A stretch of 64,000 bases of DNA from Callorhinchus milii (taxonomy: Eukaryota). Position 1 is the stretch's first letter. Each line of letters starts with the position of its first letter. The position numbers and the translations under genes are program-made. The notes below the pieces were generated by a model. It did not search any database and was not told where the DNA came from. It saw nothing but the letters and a program-made list of their open reading frames with translations. Shown here piece after piece: positions 37,100-50,422 of this stretch. Location of the stretch: the NCBI RefSeq assembly GCF_018977255.1, contig NW_024704743.1, positions 8,558,001 through 8,622,000 on the forward strand. The letters are read 5' to 3'.

Positions 37100-39030
37100 A
37101 ACAATCACAAAATTACATTTGTAAAGTGCTTTTCATGTTGGGAGAATGTCCCAGGCACTGAACAGTCGGGGATCAGGACCCGAACATGGGGATGGGGGCA
37201 GGGTTGGGATAAGGGACGGCAGAGAGGTAAGAGGACTTCTGAAGGCACGGTCGAAAAGGAGGGACTTGAGTCGGGGCTTTGAAGGAAGCGAGGGTGGGAG
37301 CAAGGCAAAGGGATTGTGGGATGGAGTTCCAAAGGATGGAGGCAGAGAAGCTGAAAGCCCAGCCGCTGATGGTAGGGCGGGTTGGGCGGGAGACATGGAG
37401 CAGGCCGGAGCCTGCTGAACAGACGAAGCGGACAGGTTGATAGGGCGTGAGCAGGTCAGAGAGAGAGGAGGGAACAAGGCTGTGGAGGGCCTTGAAAGTG
37501 GGGATAAGGATTTTGAATTCTTTGAGGGATGGGGAGCCAGTGGAGTCAGGCGAGAGTGGGGGTGATGGGGTCACGAAGCCTGGTGCGGGAGAGGACACGA
37601 GCTGCGTAGTTTTGGATGATCTGCAGTTTATGGAGGGAACAGTTGGGGAGGCAAACAAGGAGGGAGTTTCCGTAGTCAAGCCTTGGGGTGACGAATGCTT
37701 GTATGAGGGTTTCGGCAGCCTGAGGGGTGAGGCAGTGGCAGAGTCAGGCAATGTTGCGGAGGTGGGGGAAGGCAGAGCTGGTGATGGCACAGATATGGGG
37801 GAGAAAGGACAGGTGAGGGTCGAATAAGACGCCCAGGTTCCTGACTGGCTTGGTGAGGTGGAGTGTGCATCCATGGATGCTGATGCTGCCAGTGCCTGAG
37901 GCGCGGAGGCGCTGGCAGGCGCCAATCAGGAGGACCTCGGGCTTGAGCTGTAGAAAGTTAGCTCTCATTCAGGACTTGATGTTTGACAGACAGTCTGTCA
38001 GGGCCTCAGTTGTCCTGGAATCGAGGGTGGAGGCAGAAAGATAGAGTTGGGTGTCATCCGCGTACTTGTGGAAGTTGAAACCCCCACCAAGGGGAGCAGG
38101 TAGAGATTGAAGAGGAGGGGACGAAGGCCAGAGCCCTGAGGACCACTGCACAGGACTGTGCAGGGGCTGGGAGAGAAACCGTTGGTGGAGACAAATTGGA
38201 TACGGTGTGAGAGATAAGACCTGAACCATTCAAAGACAGAACCTTGAAGGTTGATGTGAGAGAAGAGGTGGAGGAGACAAGGGAGGTTGGCGATGGGCCA
38301 ATAGTTAGAAAACAAAGATGGGTCCAGGGAAGGTTTTTTTAGGATGGGGGTGATTAAAACTGTTTTTAGGGGGATGGGAATGGTGCCAGAACATTGGGAG
38401 AGATTGATGGTGTTGGAGAGTCGAGGGGCGAGGAGGTGGAGCTGGGAGGTAAGAGAGGGGTGGGGATGGGGTCAAGGGAGCAGGTGGTGTATTCCATGCT
38501 GGATATGGTGGTGATGAGAAAGGAGGCGTAGACAGGTTTGAAGATGTGGAGGGAAAGATGGATAGGGGTCGGAGTGTGGGGGGGAAATGGGGAGGGAGTG
38601 GTGGTTAAGAGGGAGGCAGCAGGTGAACGGATCCCCTCGATTTTGGACTCGAGGATATCCAGCATCTCTTCACAGTCAGAGTTTGAGGAGAGAATGGGTG
38701 AGGTGTGGGAGGTTGGATAGAGGGGCCAGTTGGTGGTGGAGAATAGGAGCCTGGGGTTGTCCTTTGCCTCCAAGATTACCTTGGAGTAGAAGGACAATTT
38801 GGTGGAGGCAAGGGTGGAGCGGTACATTTTGATGTGGTCCGTTAGATCAGATTTGAGCCAGGTCCATTTGGCGGCCTGCACCTGACCCTTGAGGGCACCG
38901 AGGTGGTTGGTGTACCAGGGTGAGGTTCGTGAGGTGAGGGGGTAATGGCATCAAGAGTCGTACAGAGGGAATTGTGGAGGAGAGTGATCGAGGAGGATAA
39001 ATCAGTGTGGGATGTAGACCAGAGGGGAAG
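37100..39030 (-). mobile_element. L2 LINE, about 1.9 kb, internally deleted
   Basis: KDNPRLLFST, WFRSYLSHRIQFV, YADDTQLYL, LHWLP-type motifs and tail. Confidence 0.92.
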
Positions 39031-39649
39031 GAGTTCAGATGATTCATTTGAGAACTCGTTTGAGTGACATGTAATTTTGTCCAGGAGCATACAATTAACA
39101 ACTCAAGTCTCTTAAGTGTCAAACCTGTGCAACCACAGTGACTTAAATACCAGAAGAATGATAAAAAAACAACTTCAAACGTTCTGGATACATTTTACAC
39201 CTAAAAATTAACCTGGTCTGAGGCTACAATTCCACTTTGTCTTAAAATTTAAGATTACTCAAAATGGTGGAAAATTTCTTGCATTTAGATCTCATTTGGA
39301 AACGAGTTTTCACGGTTCTGAAAGAAAAAAAGCGGCTTCCAAATTAAGACTGAATTTAAAAATTTTCCCCAATTCTGCATAATACTGAATTTTAAATCGA
39401 AATATTCTTAAAGCCTAGGTGGGAATATGAACCTTTATTGTGCTAATTAACTCACTGTGGGCTGGATATTATATCAGCCGAGTGGCCTTTGAGTAAAGAG
39501 GTCGGGTTTTGCCAAAACATTAACTTCATGTAAATTGTATTATTTAAATGTTTGTGTCTGGCAGGTTCAAAATCTAACTGTCTGAACATTCAGTTTGGGG
39601 TTCAACTAGCACAATGAGGTGATTATTGACACCAGGAAGTGACGCTATT

Positions 39650-40125
39650 CAAAAGATCCAGCTCATTCATAACTCTGCCGCCCGCATACTGACCTGGACA
39701 AACACTGTACCCACATTTCACCAGTTCTGGCCAGGCTCCACTGGCTCCCCATCACCGAACAGATCTACTTCAAAATCCCTTCACTCTCTGGCACCTCCCT
39801 AACTCTCCAACCTCCTCACTTCCCAATCCACCTCCTGGCGCCACCACTCGTCTAGCACCCGCCTCCTGCTCGTCCCCCGCACCCTCCAGCTCATCATCGG
39901 AGGTTGCGCTTTCAGCCACTATGCCCTGAAACTCTGGAACACTCTCCATCAATCCCTCCGCCATGCCCCCTCTTTCCTCTTTTTCTAGTCCCACCTGAAA
40001 ACCTTCCTCTTCAATCGTGCTTACGGCCACCTCCCCCCTGGCTTGGAGTCAGGCTCCGCCATTGTTAAACGCTCTGAGATACTACCCTAAGTGGAGGGTG
40101 CTATAAAAGTGCAGGTTGTTGTCAT
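39650..40125 (+). mobile_element. L2 3' fragment (older)
   Basis: LARLHWLP..LWNTL..LKTFLF and (TTG)n tail. Confidence 0.75.
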
Positions 40126-40184
40126 TGACTGTATATGAATGCTACTTTCAAAGGAAAATTTATTGATATACAACAAAAATACAA

Positions 40185-40655
40185 GACAACAAAATTATAC
40201 AAAATTAGCGTCTTTCATATTGGGAGGACGTCCCAAGGCACTGGACACAGTACAGCATTTCAGACCCGAGCTGGGGTCGGTGGGGAGAAGGGAGGGGAGG
40301 GGAAGGGAGGTGGCCGATGGCATGATCAAAGAGGAGGGTCTTGAGGCGGGACTTGAAGGATGCTAAGGAGGGGGCGAGGCAGAGTGACTGGGGGATGGAA
40401 TTCCAGAGGTTGGGGGCAGAGTGGCTGAAGGCTCTCCCGCCAATGGTGGGGTGGGTGGGTCGGGGATGTGGAGCAGGCCGAGCCGGCTGAGCGGAGGGAA
40501 CGGGCAGGTTGGTAGGGGTTTAGGAAGTCACAGAGGTAGGGTGGGGCGAGGCCATGGAGAGCTTTGTATGTGAGGCCAGGATCTTGAACTGGATTCACTG
40601 AAGGATAGGGAGTCAGTGGAGTCAGGCGAATGGGGAAGATGGGGTCATGGAGTTT
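40185..40655 (-). mobile_element. L2 3' fragment
   Basis: YKALHGLAPPYLCD motif and tail stem-loop. Confidence 0.85.
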
Positions 40656-42059
40656 AGTGCGATATCGCTGGCCAACTCTTCAGAAACTATTTCCACAACA
40701 TCTGAAATTCCTACTCTTCCATCTTGCACCCTTTCTATCTGCCTTTAAATCCTAGCTAAAAGCCTACCTCTTCGACAGGATTCATTTAAACATCAAGCTA
40801 GTTCCACTATATAAGTCATTTATGACAGATTTTTCAATCGTTTTTCTCCTTAATATCCTTCCCTTGTATTTGTGAGTGTGTGTGCGTAATCTGTCTTTTC
40901 CCATTTTAAACATCTGCATTGATTCTGCATCTATGGCCTCATGCATTTCACCGGTCTGACGTCTAAACTGTAGTACCCCGCACTTTATTATTTGGAACAC
41001 CATCTGCTACAATTTCACCTACTCGTTTAATCTGTCTATATCCCTTTGCAATTTTCTATTCTGCCACAGTTTATGATACCTCCTAGATTATTTTCATGAG
41101 GAGAGCAGAAACAGTAATTGGGATGTAGACTAGCAGAAAGCAGAGACTTGAAATCTCCTTCATCAAAGCCTTAAATACCATTGTCTTCAAACTTAAGATC
41201 AGGGAAAATATTGGAATATTTTAAATTCAGTCTTAATGTTGAACATTGTTTTCTGCTGTTCTTAATGAAGAACTGAGCCTCAGATTTTTATTTGAGGTAA
41301 ACCAGATGGAATCATTTCCCTCTCTACCCACGTAAAGATTTTTAACCTAATGGTTCATATTGTCTCAAATGTTGGTTAGCCTTCGTAATATAGTGTGAAA
41401 GACTTGAAAAAAATTCTCAAAAACATACAATCAGTGAATGTTTTCTTCATTTGCTACTAAACGGAAAGGCTGTGTTCCCTCAGTTCACCATTACTCATAT
41501 TACCTAGACAGAATCACTACTTTGCTGATAGCAAGCGAGTTGAATTCCCTTACAGAAGACACATAGAAACTAATGAACCTAGAACAGCAATTCATCATCC
41601 CTTCAGATCCTGTGCACGTAAGGACATTATACATGGACACCCTTTACTTTCGTTCAAATTAGGTCCTCGGCCAAATTAAAATACTTCATGCAAGTAACAG
41701 GTGAAAAACCTTGTGGTTAATGAAGAAGGAAACATTGTGCAAATAAGACCTTAAGCCATAAAACACTAATAACACCTTTTTTGAAAACAAAAGGACACTT
41801 TTAATCTTGTTGTTTTTTTCATCTTGAATTGATATGAAGGGAACGACTGAAAGCAAAATGTAATAATAATCCTTGCATTTGATATAGCGCTTTTCACGTA
41901 TTCTAGACATCTCAAAGCGCTTCATACCATATACTGTAAAGTGAATTGACTATATATTTGTGGGTCAATAGGGAGCAATGTGGCTCATAATTAATTATTG
42001 GTAGCTGTTAGGGCCAAAAAAAACCTGGAAAGAATTTGCATTTTTGCATTCTGCATTTA

Positions 42060-42675
42060 CAAACAACAACAACAAATTACATTTGTACAGAGTCTTTCAT
42101 GTCAGGAAGATGTCCCAAGGCCTGGACAGTCAGGGATCCGAACCCAAGCTGGTGGTTGGAATCAGGTAGTCTGGAGGGTGGGGAGGGAAGGGGTAGGAGG
42201 GTGACCAAAGCACAGTCAGAGAGGAGGGTCTTGAGATGCGTCTTGAAGGAGGCCAAGTGAGGGGGGTGAGGCAGACGGACTGTGGGATGGAGTTCCAGAG
42301 GGTTGGGGAAGCGAGGCTAAAGGCCCACCTGCCAATGGTGGGGCGGGCAAGACGGGGGATGCGAAGAAGGCCGGAGTCCACTGAGTGGAGGGAGTGAGCA
42401 GGATGGTAGGGGTTTAGGAGGTTGCAGAGATAGGGGGGAGTAAGGCCGTGGAGGGCTTTGAAGGTGAGGACCAGGATCTTGGACTGTATCCTCTGAGTGA
42501 TGGGGAGCCAGTGGAGTCAGACGAGGATGGGGGTGATAGAGGTGCGGAGCCTGGTGCGGGAGAGGACATGGGCTGCAGAGTTCTGGATGATCTTCAGCCT
42601 GTGGAGGGAGGAGCTGAGTTTGCAATGAGTTGAGCCTGGATGTGACGAACACCTGGATGAGGGTCTCGGGACCAG
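42060..42675 (-). mobile_element. L2 3' fragment
   Basis: ETLIQVFVTSRLN..SPTLWNSIP and tail. Confidence 0.85.
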
Positions 42676-42841
42676 TGGTAAGAGACACATCAAACCAAAT
42701 CAAAATAGTTAGCAGTAATTACCATAAAAATGCAGTGACTGTTCTTGTAAAAACAACAACTTGCATTCATATAGTGCCCTTCAGCCTGAACCGAAGGGGA
42801 GGTGACCAAAAGCGCGATCGAAGTGGAAGGTCTTGAGACAT

Positions 42842-43187
42842 GTGGTTTGAGCATTCGTCTCGCAAGCAAGAGGACCTGGGTTCGATTCCCAGGCAGGGCA
42901 AAATGTTAGGCAAGTTTCCTTACTCCACACACCCCTGTTTCCCTAGCAGTAAGTAGGAACCCGGTTGTTAGTCGATTGGCGGATTGCTTTTCTGGGGTAA
43001 TAATTGCTTAAAACAAAATTGGTCACTCAATCCGCGATTGTTTGTGGGACACTGCTGTGAGCAATTGACTGCCGTGTTTCTCCCATAAAATATACAGTCA
43101 ATTCACTTTACAGTATATTCCTATGAAGCTCTTTGAGACGTCTCGAAGATGTGATAAGGTGCTACATCAAATGCAAGGATTATTATG
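42842..43187 (+). mobile_element. tRNA-Ala-like SINE, long form, inserted in an old L2
   Basis: B box GGTTCGATTCC with family centre and tail; L2-like sequence on both flanks. Confidence 0.85.
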
Positions 43188-44324
43188 ATCTGAGAATGGG
43201 GAAGGAGAGCGCAAGGCGGGGGGATTGAGGGAGAGAGTGCCACAGTTTTGTGGCCTAGTGGCTGAAAGCACAGCCACCAATGGTGGAATGGACTGGACAA
43301 GGGACATGCTTAATCCCCACTCCATCACTCACTCAGCCATTAAGCAGGTCGGAGAGGTAGGAAAGTACCAAGGCATGAGCAACATCCCATAAACAGTCAT
43401 GAAGTGAATAACTAATACATCAGGATAATTGTTGGTATTGCTTTCTTTTCTCAATAACATTAGAGAGCCCGAAATGGGACCAGCTCTATCGTAGAAATGA
43501 AAATAGTGCGGATATCAGGTCTGTGTGTAAGGAAAGCACTCAGAGAACCTACCCCACGTGAAAGGAGCTATATAACTGCAAGTTCATAGAATTATACAGC
43601 ACAGAAGGAGGCCATTTGGCCCAGTGTGCTTGTGAGTTGTTGTCAGTCTCTTTCTGCCTGATGTATATCACTTTCTCTGTAATCGTGTACATACCTGGAT
43701 CAAGTTTTAGGAAAAATGCAAACCGGGTCACCTCGCGCTCAACTAAATTATTTTCTCTTACATAATTTCCACATTGGACAATCTGCATATGGTTGCGCAG
43801 TCTTCTACTTTAGCGCCATGGGATTTTAATGTCCACCCACAGAAGCAGTCAGGAGCCCAGTTTAATGTCTCATCTAACATTCTTTTAACAATGCAATTCT
43901 TTTCCCACGCTGCTCCCCCTCAGCTAAAAGCACACGTCATCCTAGACAATAATCCCTGGGTCCCAATTAGGGGCTGAATCCATCATCTTTTGACCAGTAA
44001 GCAAGATTGCTACCTACTGAGCCGAACTGACAAAACTCTACTGAGCTAACACGTGACATATCTCCTATAATCTATAAACCTCTTATATTGCCTACTACAC
44101 TGATTCGGCAAGTGATAGATACCCCTGTGTTTAGGTTTCTAGGTTCCAGATTGTGGCAATGTACAGGATAGTTTCACAAGCAGAAGCAGCAGCTTCTCTC
44201 CTGGCTACACTAGCTGAACCTTTGGGATTCATACCAAATGTGTCGAGCATGATGCTGTATCTCTTGTTATTCAGGTAGAAGCTTGGAGGTTGGAGCTAAA
44301 TTCTAACAAATCTAGTAATATATA

Positions 44325-44730
44325 ATAATAATTATCCTTGCATTTGATATAGCTAGCGCCTGATCACGTTGTTGAGATGTTACAAAGTGCTTGAGTACTT
44401 TGTGTACTTTATGGGTGAAACACGACAGCCAGTTTGTGCCCAGCAATGTCCCACAAACAGTCATGGATTGAGTGACCAATTTTATTTGTTGGCCGGGACC
44501 CTCGAGAGAAACTCCCTTCTCTTTACAAATAGTGCCACGGGATCTTTAACGTCCACCTGAACAGGCAGACAGGACTTCGGTTTAACGACTCATTTGAAAG
44601 GACGGCACCTCCAACAATGCAACCCTCCCTCCAGCACTGTATTGGAGTGTAATCTTAGACTATGTGATTCCAAATTCCGATATGGAGCTTCAACCCGCAA
44701 CCTCCTGACTCAGAGGATTGTGCTAGGCTG
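44325..44730 (-). mobile_element. Deu-domain SINE, near full length
   Basis: GTGCCACGGGATCTTTAACGTCCACCTGAACAGGCAGAC..GAAAGGACGGCACCTCC. Confidence 0.85.
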
Positions 44731-45587
44731 AGGCTATAATATAATATATGTGTAACATAATAATGATTTATTGAGAATTGGTAACCCGACAGGTCTCTTT
44801 CATGTTATTTACAGAGGGTGGACTCCGACACGAAGCAGGTCATGTTCAACTGGTGCACTGCTCTGTGTAGGTTTGCAAATGCATTGAGTCAAGGAACAAA
44901 GGATGGGTTTTCTCTGCAGGCTGATAGGCCATAGTAATCTATCACTTGGCAGATATCAGCATTGTAGAACAAAGAGCCCCTGCTCTTTCTCTTCACTCAT
45001 ACAGGCCTAATTTCCTTACGGCTCTTGCAATTTTCTGTCTAATATTTCTGTCATTAGAAAATAATAGAAACATCTCTTTTAAAAACAATACTACAAGCCC
45101 CTATTAGAGTGACACTACATGTCCACTGCATTATTTAAATTAATTGCTGCAATTGTTATGGTATAAAAATGGTGAGTCAGATTGAGATGTAGCCTGGATT
45201 AAAGATATATGTTGAATGTGATGACCTTCACTTTAGAATGAAGCTAGTTTGCTTCAGACCAAGTCTGTGCCAAAACGCGTTGAACAAAACAGATTTACTT
45301 CATTCAGAAGTGGTGACTATGTAGAATAGACTACCCAGCGAGGCGGTGTGGGCCATTTGTGTCAGCAAATTCAAGAAAAGATAACAACTAAATTGATCGC
45401 TGTGTATGAAACATAGTGTGATGCAAGATTATTTTAAAAAAGTTTTACATTGGGACAAATGGACTGCAATGATCTTTCCTATTCCTATTTTCCAAACAGG
45501 GTATTTTCTCTAATGAAATTTTGTGAAATGCATTAATAATAAATAATAATAAGCTTTGTGCAGGAGAGGACATGAACTGCAGAGTTC

Positions 45588-45880
45588 AACAACAACAACA
45601 ACAACAAGATTCCATTTATTGAGCGCCTTTCACGTCGGGAGGACGTCCCAAGGCACTGTACAGTTGGGTCAGGACCTGAGCAGGGGGGAAATGGTCAGGG
45701 TGAGGGGAGGGAAGGGAGGGAGTTCTGAATGATCTGCAACTTGTGAAGGGATGAGTTGGGAAGTGTGGCGAGCAAGGAGTTAGCAAGCCTGAATGTGATG
45801 AAAGCATGGATGAGGGTCTCAGTGGTCGGAGCTGTAGTGGTAGAGGCAGGCAATGTTGCGGAAGTGGGGAATGCAGAACG
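45588..45880 (-). mobile_element. L2 3' tail (young) plus an older L2 fragment
   Basis: 45590-45720 is nearly identical to 22406-22525. Confidence 0.85.
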
Positions 45881-46129
45881 GGTCAAGAAGGTGGTGGGGC
45901 TTGACCCCAAACCGGGGAGACAGGGGAATTGACCATAGGCTTTGTCAAAGAGGAAGGTCTTCAGATGTGATATGAAAATGGACAAGGAGGAGATCATACA
46001 GGGTATACTGTAAAGTGGAGTGACTAGGGAGTGAGCGGGGGAGGGGGTGAGATTGATTTGGATAGCTCTTTTCAAAGAGACGACACAGACGCGATGGGCC
46101 AATTATACGGTGCTGTATAATTCTATGAT

Positions 46130-46540
46130 TTGTAGGCAAACTTGAAAGCCAACTTGCTTACAGCAATGTTCAACAAGCAGCCATGAAATGAATGATGAAT
46201 TTTGTTTGGCGGGTTGTTGGCCAGGACACCAGGAGAAACTCCTGTCCCTTTTCAAATAGTACCATGGGATCTTGAACAGGAAGATGGGACCTCGTTTAGT
46301 GTCTCAACCAAAGGATGGCATCTCCAATTATACAGCACACCCACGCCACAATATTTTTGTTTAGTCAGCCAGGTGTCTGACACATGTGGAAACCCATCAT
46401 CATGCTTAAGAGTATCCAAACCAAACTGAGAATTCCATGCTTCAAATTGTCTAAACTGTTTGAATTTAAAGCCCTGACGTGGGGCTTGAACCCATAACTG
46501 ACTCAGAGTCAAGAGTGTTACCAAGTGAGCCAGGCCAACA
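46130..46540 (-). mobile_element. Deu-SINE carrying a family X 3' end of about 90 bp (46354-46440)
   Basis: Direct comparison with uninterrupted Deu copies and with family X copies. Confidence 0.75.
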
Positions 46541-47119
46541 CACTATTTCTAAGTGATACATTATTTATGAATGAGCTTGCATTTTTATGAAATCTAGTAT
46601 GTCTCAAAGCATGTCCCAATATTTGCAATCATATGTGAGACTTTCTTTTGGTAGCCACAATGCAGCAACCATTTAGCATAAAGCAGGGCACCACAAATCT
46701 CCAATGAGATGAATGAGCAATTTATCAGGAGGATTGTTGATCAGGACAAAGGGAATGTAGACACTGAGATAACCCCTGTCCCTGCTTTCTATGGATATAA
46801 GCGCTCCACTTATGTGTAAAGGAGCATTTTTTTTGTCTTATTTAAAAAAGATGCCTCAACCGATGTAGCTAACAAGGGCTGGACTCCAATCAGGATTGTT
46901 TGAAGTTCCATCCCTAATTGCTAATTGGGCACCAGCAACCTGCTAATGAATCAGCACCCATATATATAGCTGGGTGCCAGAGAGCGCTTTGTAGAAGATG
47001 GCTGTAAAAAGCAATCGTTTTTTTTTATCAAAATGAAATTTATTTTTGTTCTCAAAACTCTTGATGCAAGTTTGTTTTCTGGGTGTAACCCTCTCCCTCC
47101 TACAGGGAGAAACTGTAAT

Positions 47120-47300
47120 GACTAATGTCTCAATCAATGGATGGCATCTCCAATAATATTGCACAGCCCACAGCCTGCATATTTTTTTTGGTCAGCCGGG
47201 TGTCTTGACTTATGTGGAAACCCATCACTATGCTTAAGAGTATCCAAACCAAACTGAGTATTCTATGCTTTAAATTGTCAGCCTAGACTATATGAGTTCA
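47120..47300 (-). mobile_element. Deu-SINE fragment carrying the same family X 3' end (47182-47268)
   Basis: Same insertion point and truncation point as at 46354. Confidence 0.75.
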
Positions 47301-48206
47301 AATAGTGTCCTGGAATCTTTAACATCTACCTGACGGGATTACAGTTTAATGCCTCACCTCAGACAATTCATAGTTCCTACATCACTGCACTGCATTGTAT
47401 CATAAGCAATTCTTTTGACCACAAGCAAAAGCTATGTATTTAACAGCTCTAAATGTTCAATACTCACAGAGCAGAGCTGTGACCAGGATATTAGTAAAGT
47501 ACAATGTGGGTATTGCTAATCATGTGAGAATTGTATTTTTGTGTAGTGACTGTGTATTGTTTTTAGGTGAAGGTGTATTAGGTGCTGAAGGCCCCTCTGA
47601 TATCCAGCATTTAGTTCAGCCCCATGATCAATGTTTAGATTAGGATCGACTCAGACACTATATGCAGTTAACTAATGTAGTTTAGTATAACAACATGCAA
47701 CACAAATCATAAGCAAAACTGGGCCCCTTAAATCAGATATTATAATTCATTTTAGTTACTTAGGGAAAAAGAGGTGTCTTGGGTGTTTGTGCCCATGATA
47801 TATTATGTATTAAGCTGTTACACTAAAACAGACTATAATAATATTAACATACTCTTTGCGTTTAATATAGCATCTTTGACATCAGGAGGACCTCAACGTA
47901 CTCCACAGGATTCACAGTAAAGTGTAGTAACTGTTTTCTTAGGTGAACGTGTATTTTATATGCTGTAGTTCCCTCTGATATAGAAGTACTGTTCTACTAT
48001 TTCATGAATAATCTACTTGATTTTTCCAGGTCAGATACTGTACTTCATTTTAATTTTCTATCCCAATTGATTTGACCTAAATGACGTACCGTAGTACGAC
48101 TGTGAGCATCGAGCTGACCCAATTGTGGGGCATTGAATGTATTAATTTTCTTTGTACTGCACACTAATCTTGGTACATTTTGCTCCTTTGGCAATAAGGC
48201 CTTTTG

Positions 48207-48551
48207 TAATAATAATAAACCTTGCATTTGATATAGGGCCTTATCATGTCTTCGAGACGTCTCAAAGTGCTTCACAGAATATACTGTAAAGTGAATTGAC
48301 TGTATATTTTGTGGGTGAAATGTGGCAGCCATTTCGCACAGCAGGACAAATAGTCCTGGATTGAGTGACCAATTTTTTTTGTGTAAGGAATCATTACCCC
48401 CAGAAAGGTGATTCGCCAATCGACTAACAATTGGGTTCCTACTCACTGTTAGGTAAACAGAGGTGTGTGGAGTAGGGAAACTTGCTCAACATTTCACACT
48501 GCCGGAAATCAAACCCAGGTGAGTGCTCTAACCACTGAGGTACAGGACTCC
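48207..48551 (-). mobile_element. tRNA-Ala-like SINE, long form
   Basis: Matches the family head, centre and tail. Confidence 0.85.
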
Positions 48552-49771
48552 ACACTAATAGAAGTGTAATGAATACTATTACCTCTCCTCAATCTGAATG
48601 CATAGAACAGCTTCCCTTTTTTGCCTGGACAAAAATAAACAATTTATTGCAAGCTTTCCAAATTCAAAGGGAAGCTATTTGGCAGTAATTGCAGTTGTGT
48701 CTAATTTAAACACTTACACCTTATGCTCCATTTAGTGTGGAGACAGCCAATATGACATTTGAGCCACAATCATGTATAATGACAGCCCGACAGCAAGAAA
48801 GGTCTAATTCCTCAAAGTGCCAAATTGGCAGGTTGATTCTATTTTTTTTCACAGCAGTATTAAGCTGCATGTCCTTCATGTGTAGTGCTGCAAACCTAGC
48901 TTGGAACTGTCTCAAGCAAAATAAATAATCTTTGCCCTGTTACAACAAATCTGTTCAGCAAAGTGGAGGGGATGAGAGCATTTCAATTTGCTGTGTGTCG
49001 GCTGGTGCTGCCTGAGATACCAATCCAATTTTACATGATTGTGACCATTGTGACCGTTTCTGTCTCTCTCTCTCTCTCTCTCTGAAGTACATCGTAGACT
49101 GGTTATGTTATGCAGTCTCTCTCTGCCAAGCCACCAAAATGCTTGTTTTCTTCCTAACAAAGACACAGGAAGAAGATACCTGTGAATCAAGTGGTGAGAA
49201 GGGTAATTCACACAGAATTCACATCAGCCTATCACGTACACAGTAATCCCCCAAATGAATGGCCCTGGAATTACTTGCTCTTGAACAATCATTCCTCTCT
49301 GGCATCAGCCATTTGACAAGAGCACACACCAAAGAAAACTATAAATCATCATTTAAATATTATCCTGGCAGCAGAACGCTTTCAAATTGTAGGGCATTGT
49401 CACATTCAACAGCAAATCTGTGCTTACCTGCAAATGCAGTGCGTGAGATGGTAAATATTAAGATTGCAAGAAAATGTCAAAGCTGGATTATTATAAAGAG
49501 TTGAACTCTGGATAAAGGAATGTTGGAGCCTGAGGTGATAGGTTTCAGCCTTTACATAACAATTTGATAAATATGTCCAATGACATTCGGATAAATAAGT
49601 GGCTTGCATTTATCTTTGCATCATCTTCATCACTGCAAATGGACCTCCCGCACCGTCTCCATGGTGACAGAATTTGGAATAGTTAGCTATGATGCAGAAG
49701 CATCAAAGGAATGTCTACAGGTATTGGTTGGAATTCTACAGGACAGCTCTCTGAGAAACAAAAGGGTGAAC

Positions 49772-50155
49772 TTTGTTTTTTTTTTACGTCACGCGTATAT
49801 CTGACACATACAGAAACACATCACCAGGCTTAAGAGTATCCAAATCAGATTGAGAGTTCCACATATGTATGCCACCTACATATGGGAATTTCCCTGTGTC
49901 TGGAATGGAATTTCTCGCTGGAGGGATGGAGGCTGCTTACCTAATTCCGCAGAATATTAGGTGCAGGTTGGCAAGAGCCAAAGTTTGGGAACCTCCGTGT
50001 GTGTTGGGGTACTGCTGAGGTTTAACCAGCTAAAACCTTGCGATAGCTTGCGATTGTCTGGCAAACGTCCCGCTACTTATCCAGCTAAGACCACTCTTAT
50101 TAGGGCTTTGGCTTGCAGGGTTAACAAGAGCTGAGTGGGAAGAATTGCTGCCCCC
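49772..50155 (-). mobile_element. Family X copy
   Basis: Poly(T) followed by CTTAAGAGTATCCAAA..CCTAATTCCGCAGAATATTAGG..TTGGCAAGAGCCAA..TTTAACCAGCTAAAACC. Confidence 0.75.
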
Positions 50156-50169
50156 CAATATAGAATAAA

Positions 50170-50325
50170 AAATAAAAACAGAAATCACTGGCAACACAGA
50201 GTTCTGATGAAAGGTCACAACCTGAAACGTTAACTCATTTTCCTCTCTCCATAGATGCTGCCTGAGCTGAGGTGTGTTCTAGTGATTTCTGTTTTTATTT
50301 CAGGTTTCCTGCATCTGCCAGTAGC
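50170..50325 (+). mobile_element. Palindromic Penelope-like (pLTR) repeat
   Basis: AATAAAAACAGAAATCACT..ACAC / GTGT..AGTGATTTCTGTTTTTATT inverted arms; homologous to 35483-35697. Confidence 0.75.
50199..50236 (+). ncRNA. Minimal type-I hammerhead ribozyme (Penelope-associated)
   Basis: GAGTT-CTGATGA-A-AGGT-CACA-ACCT-GAAA-CGTT-AACTC: stem I GAGTT/AACTC, stem II AGGT/ACCT, palindromic AACGTT in place of helix III. Confidence 0.7.
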
Positions 50326-50422
50326 CTGGGCCAGGGCTAATCTCTCTCTTATAATAATAATAATCCTTGCATTTGATATGGCACTTTATCACATCTTCGA
50401 GACATCTCAAGCACTTCACAGA

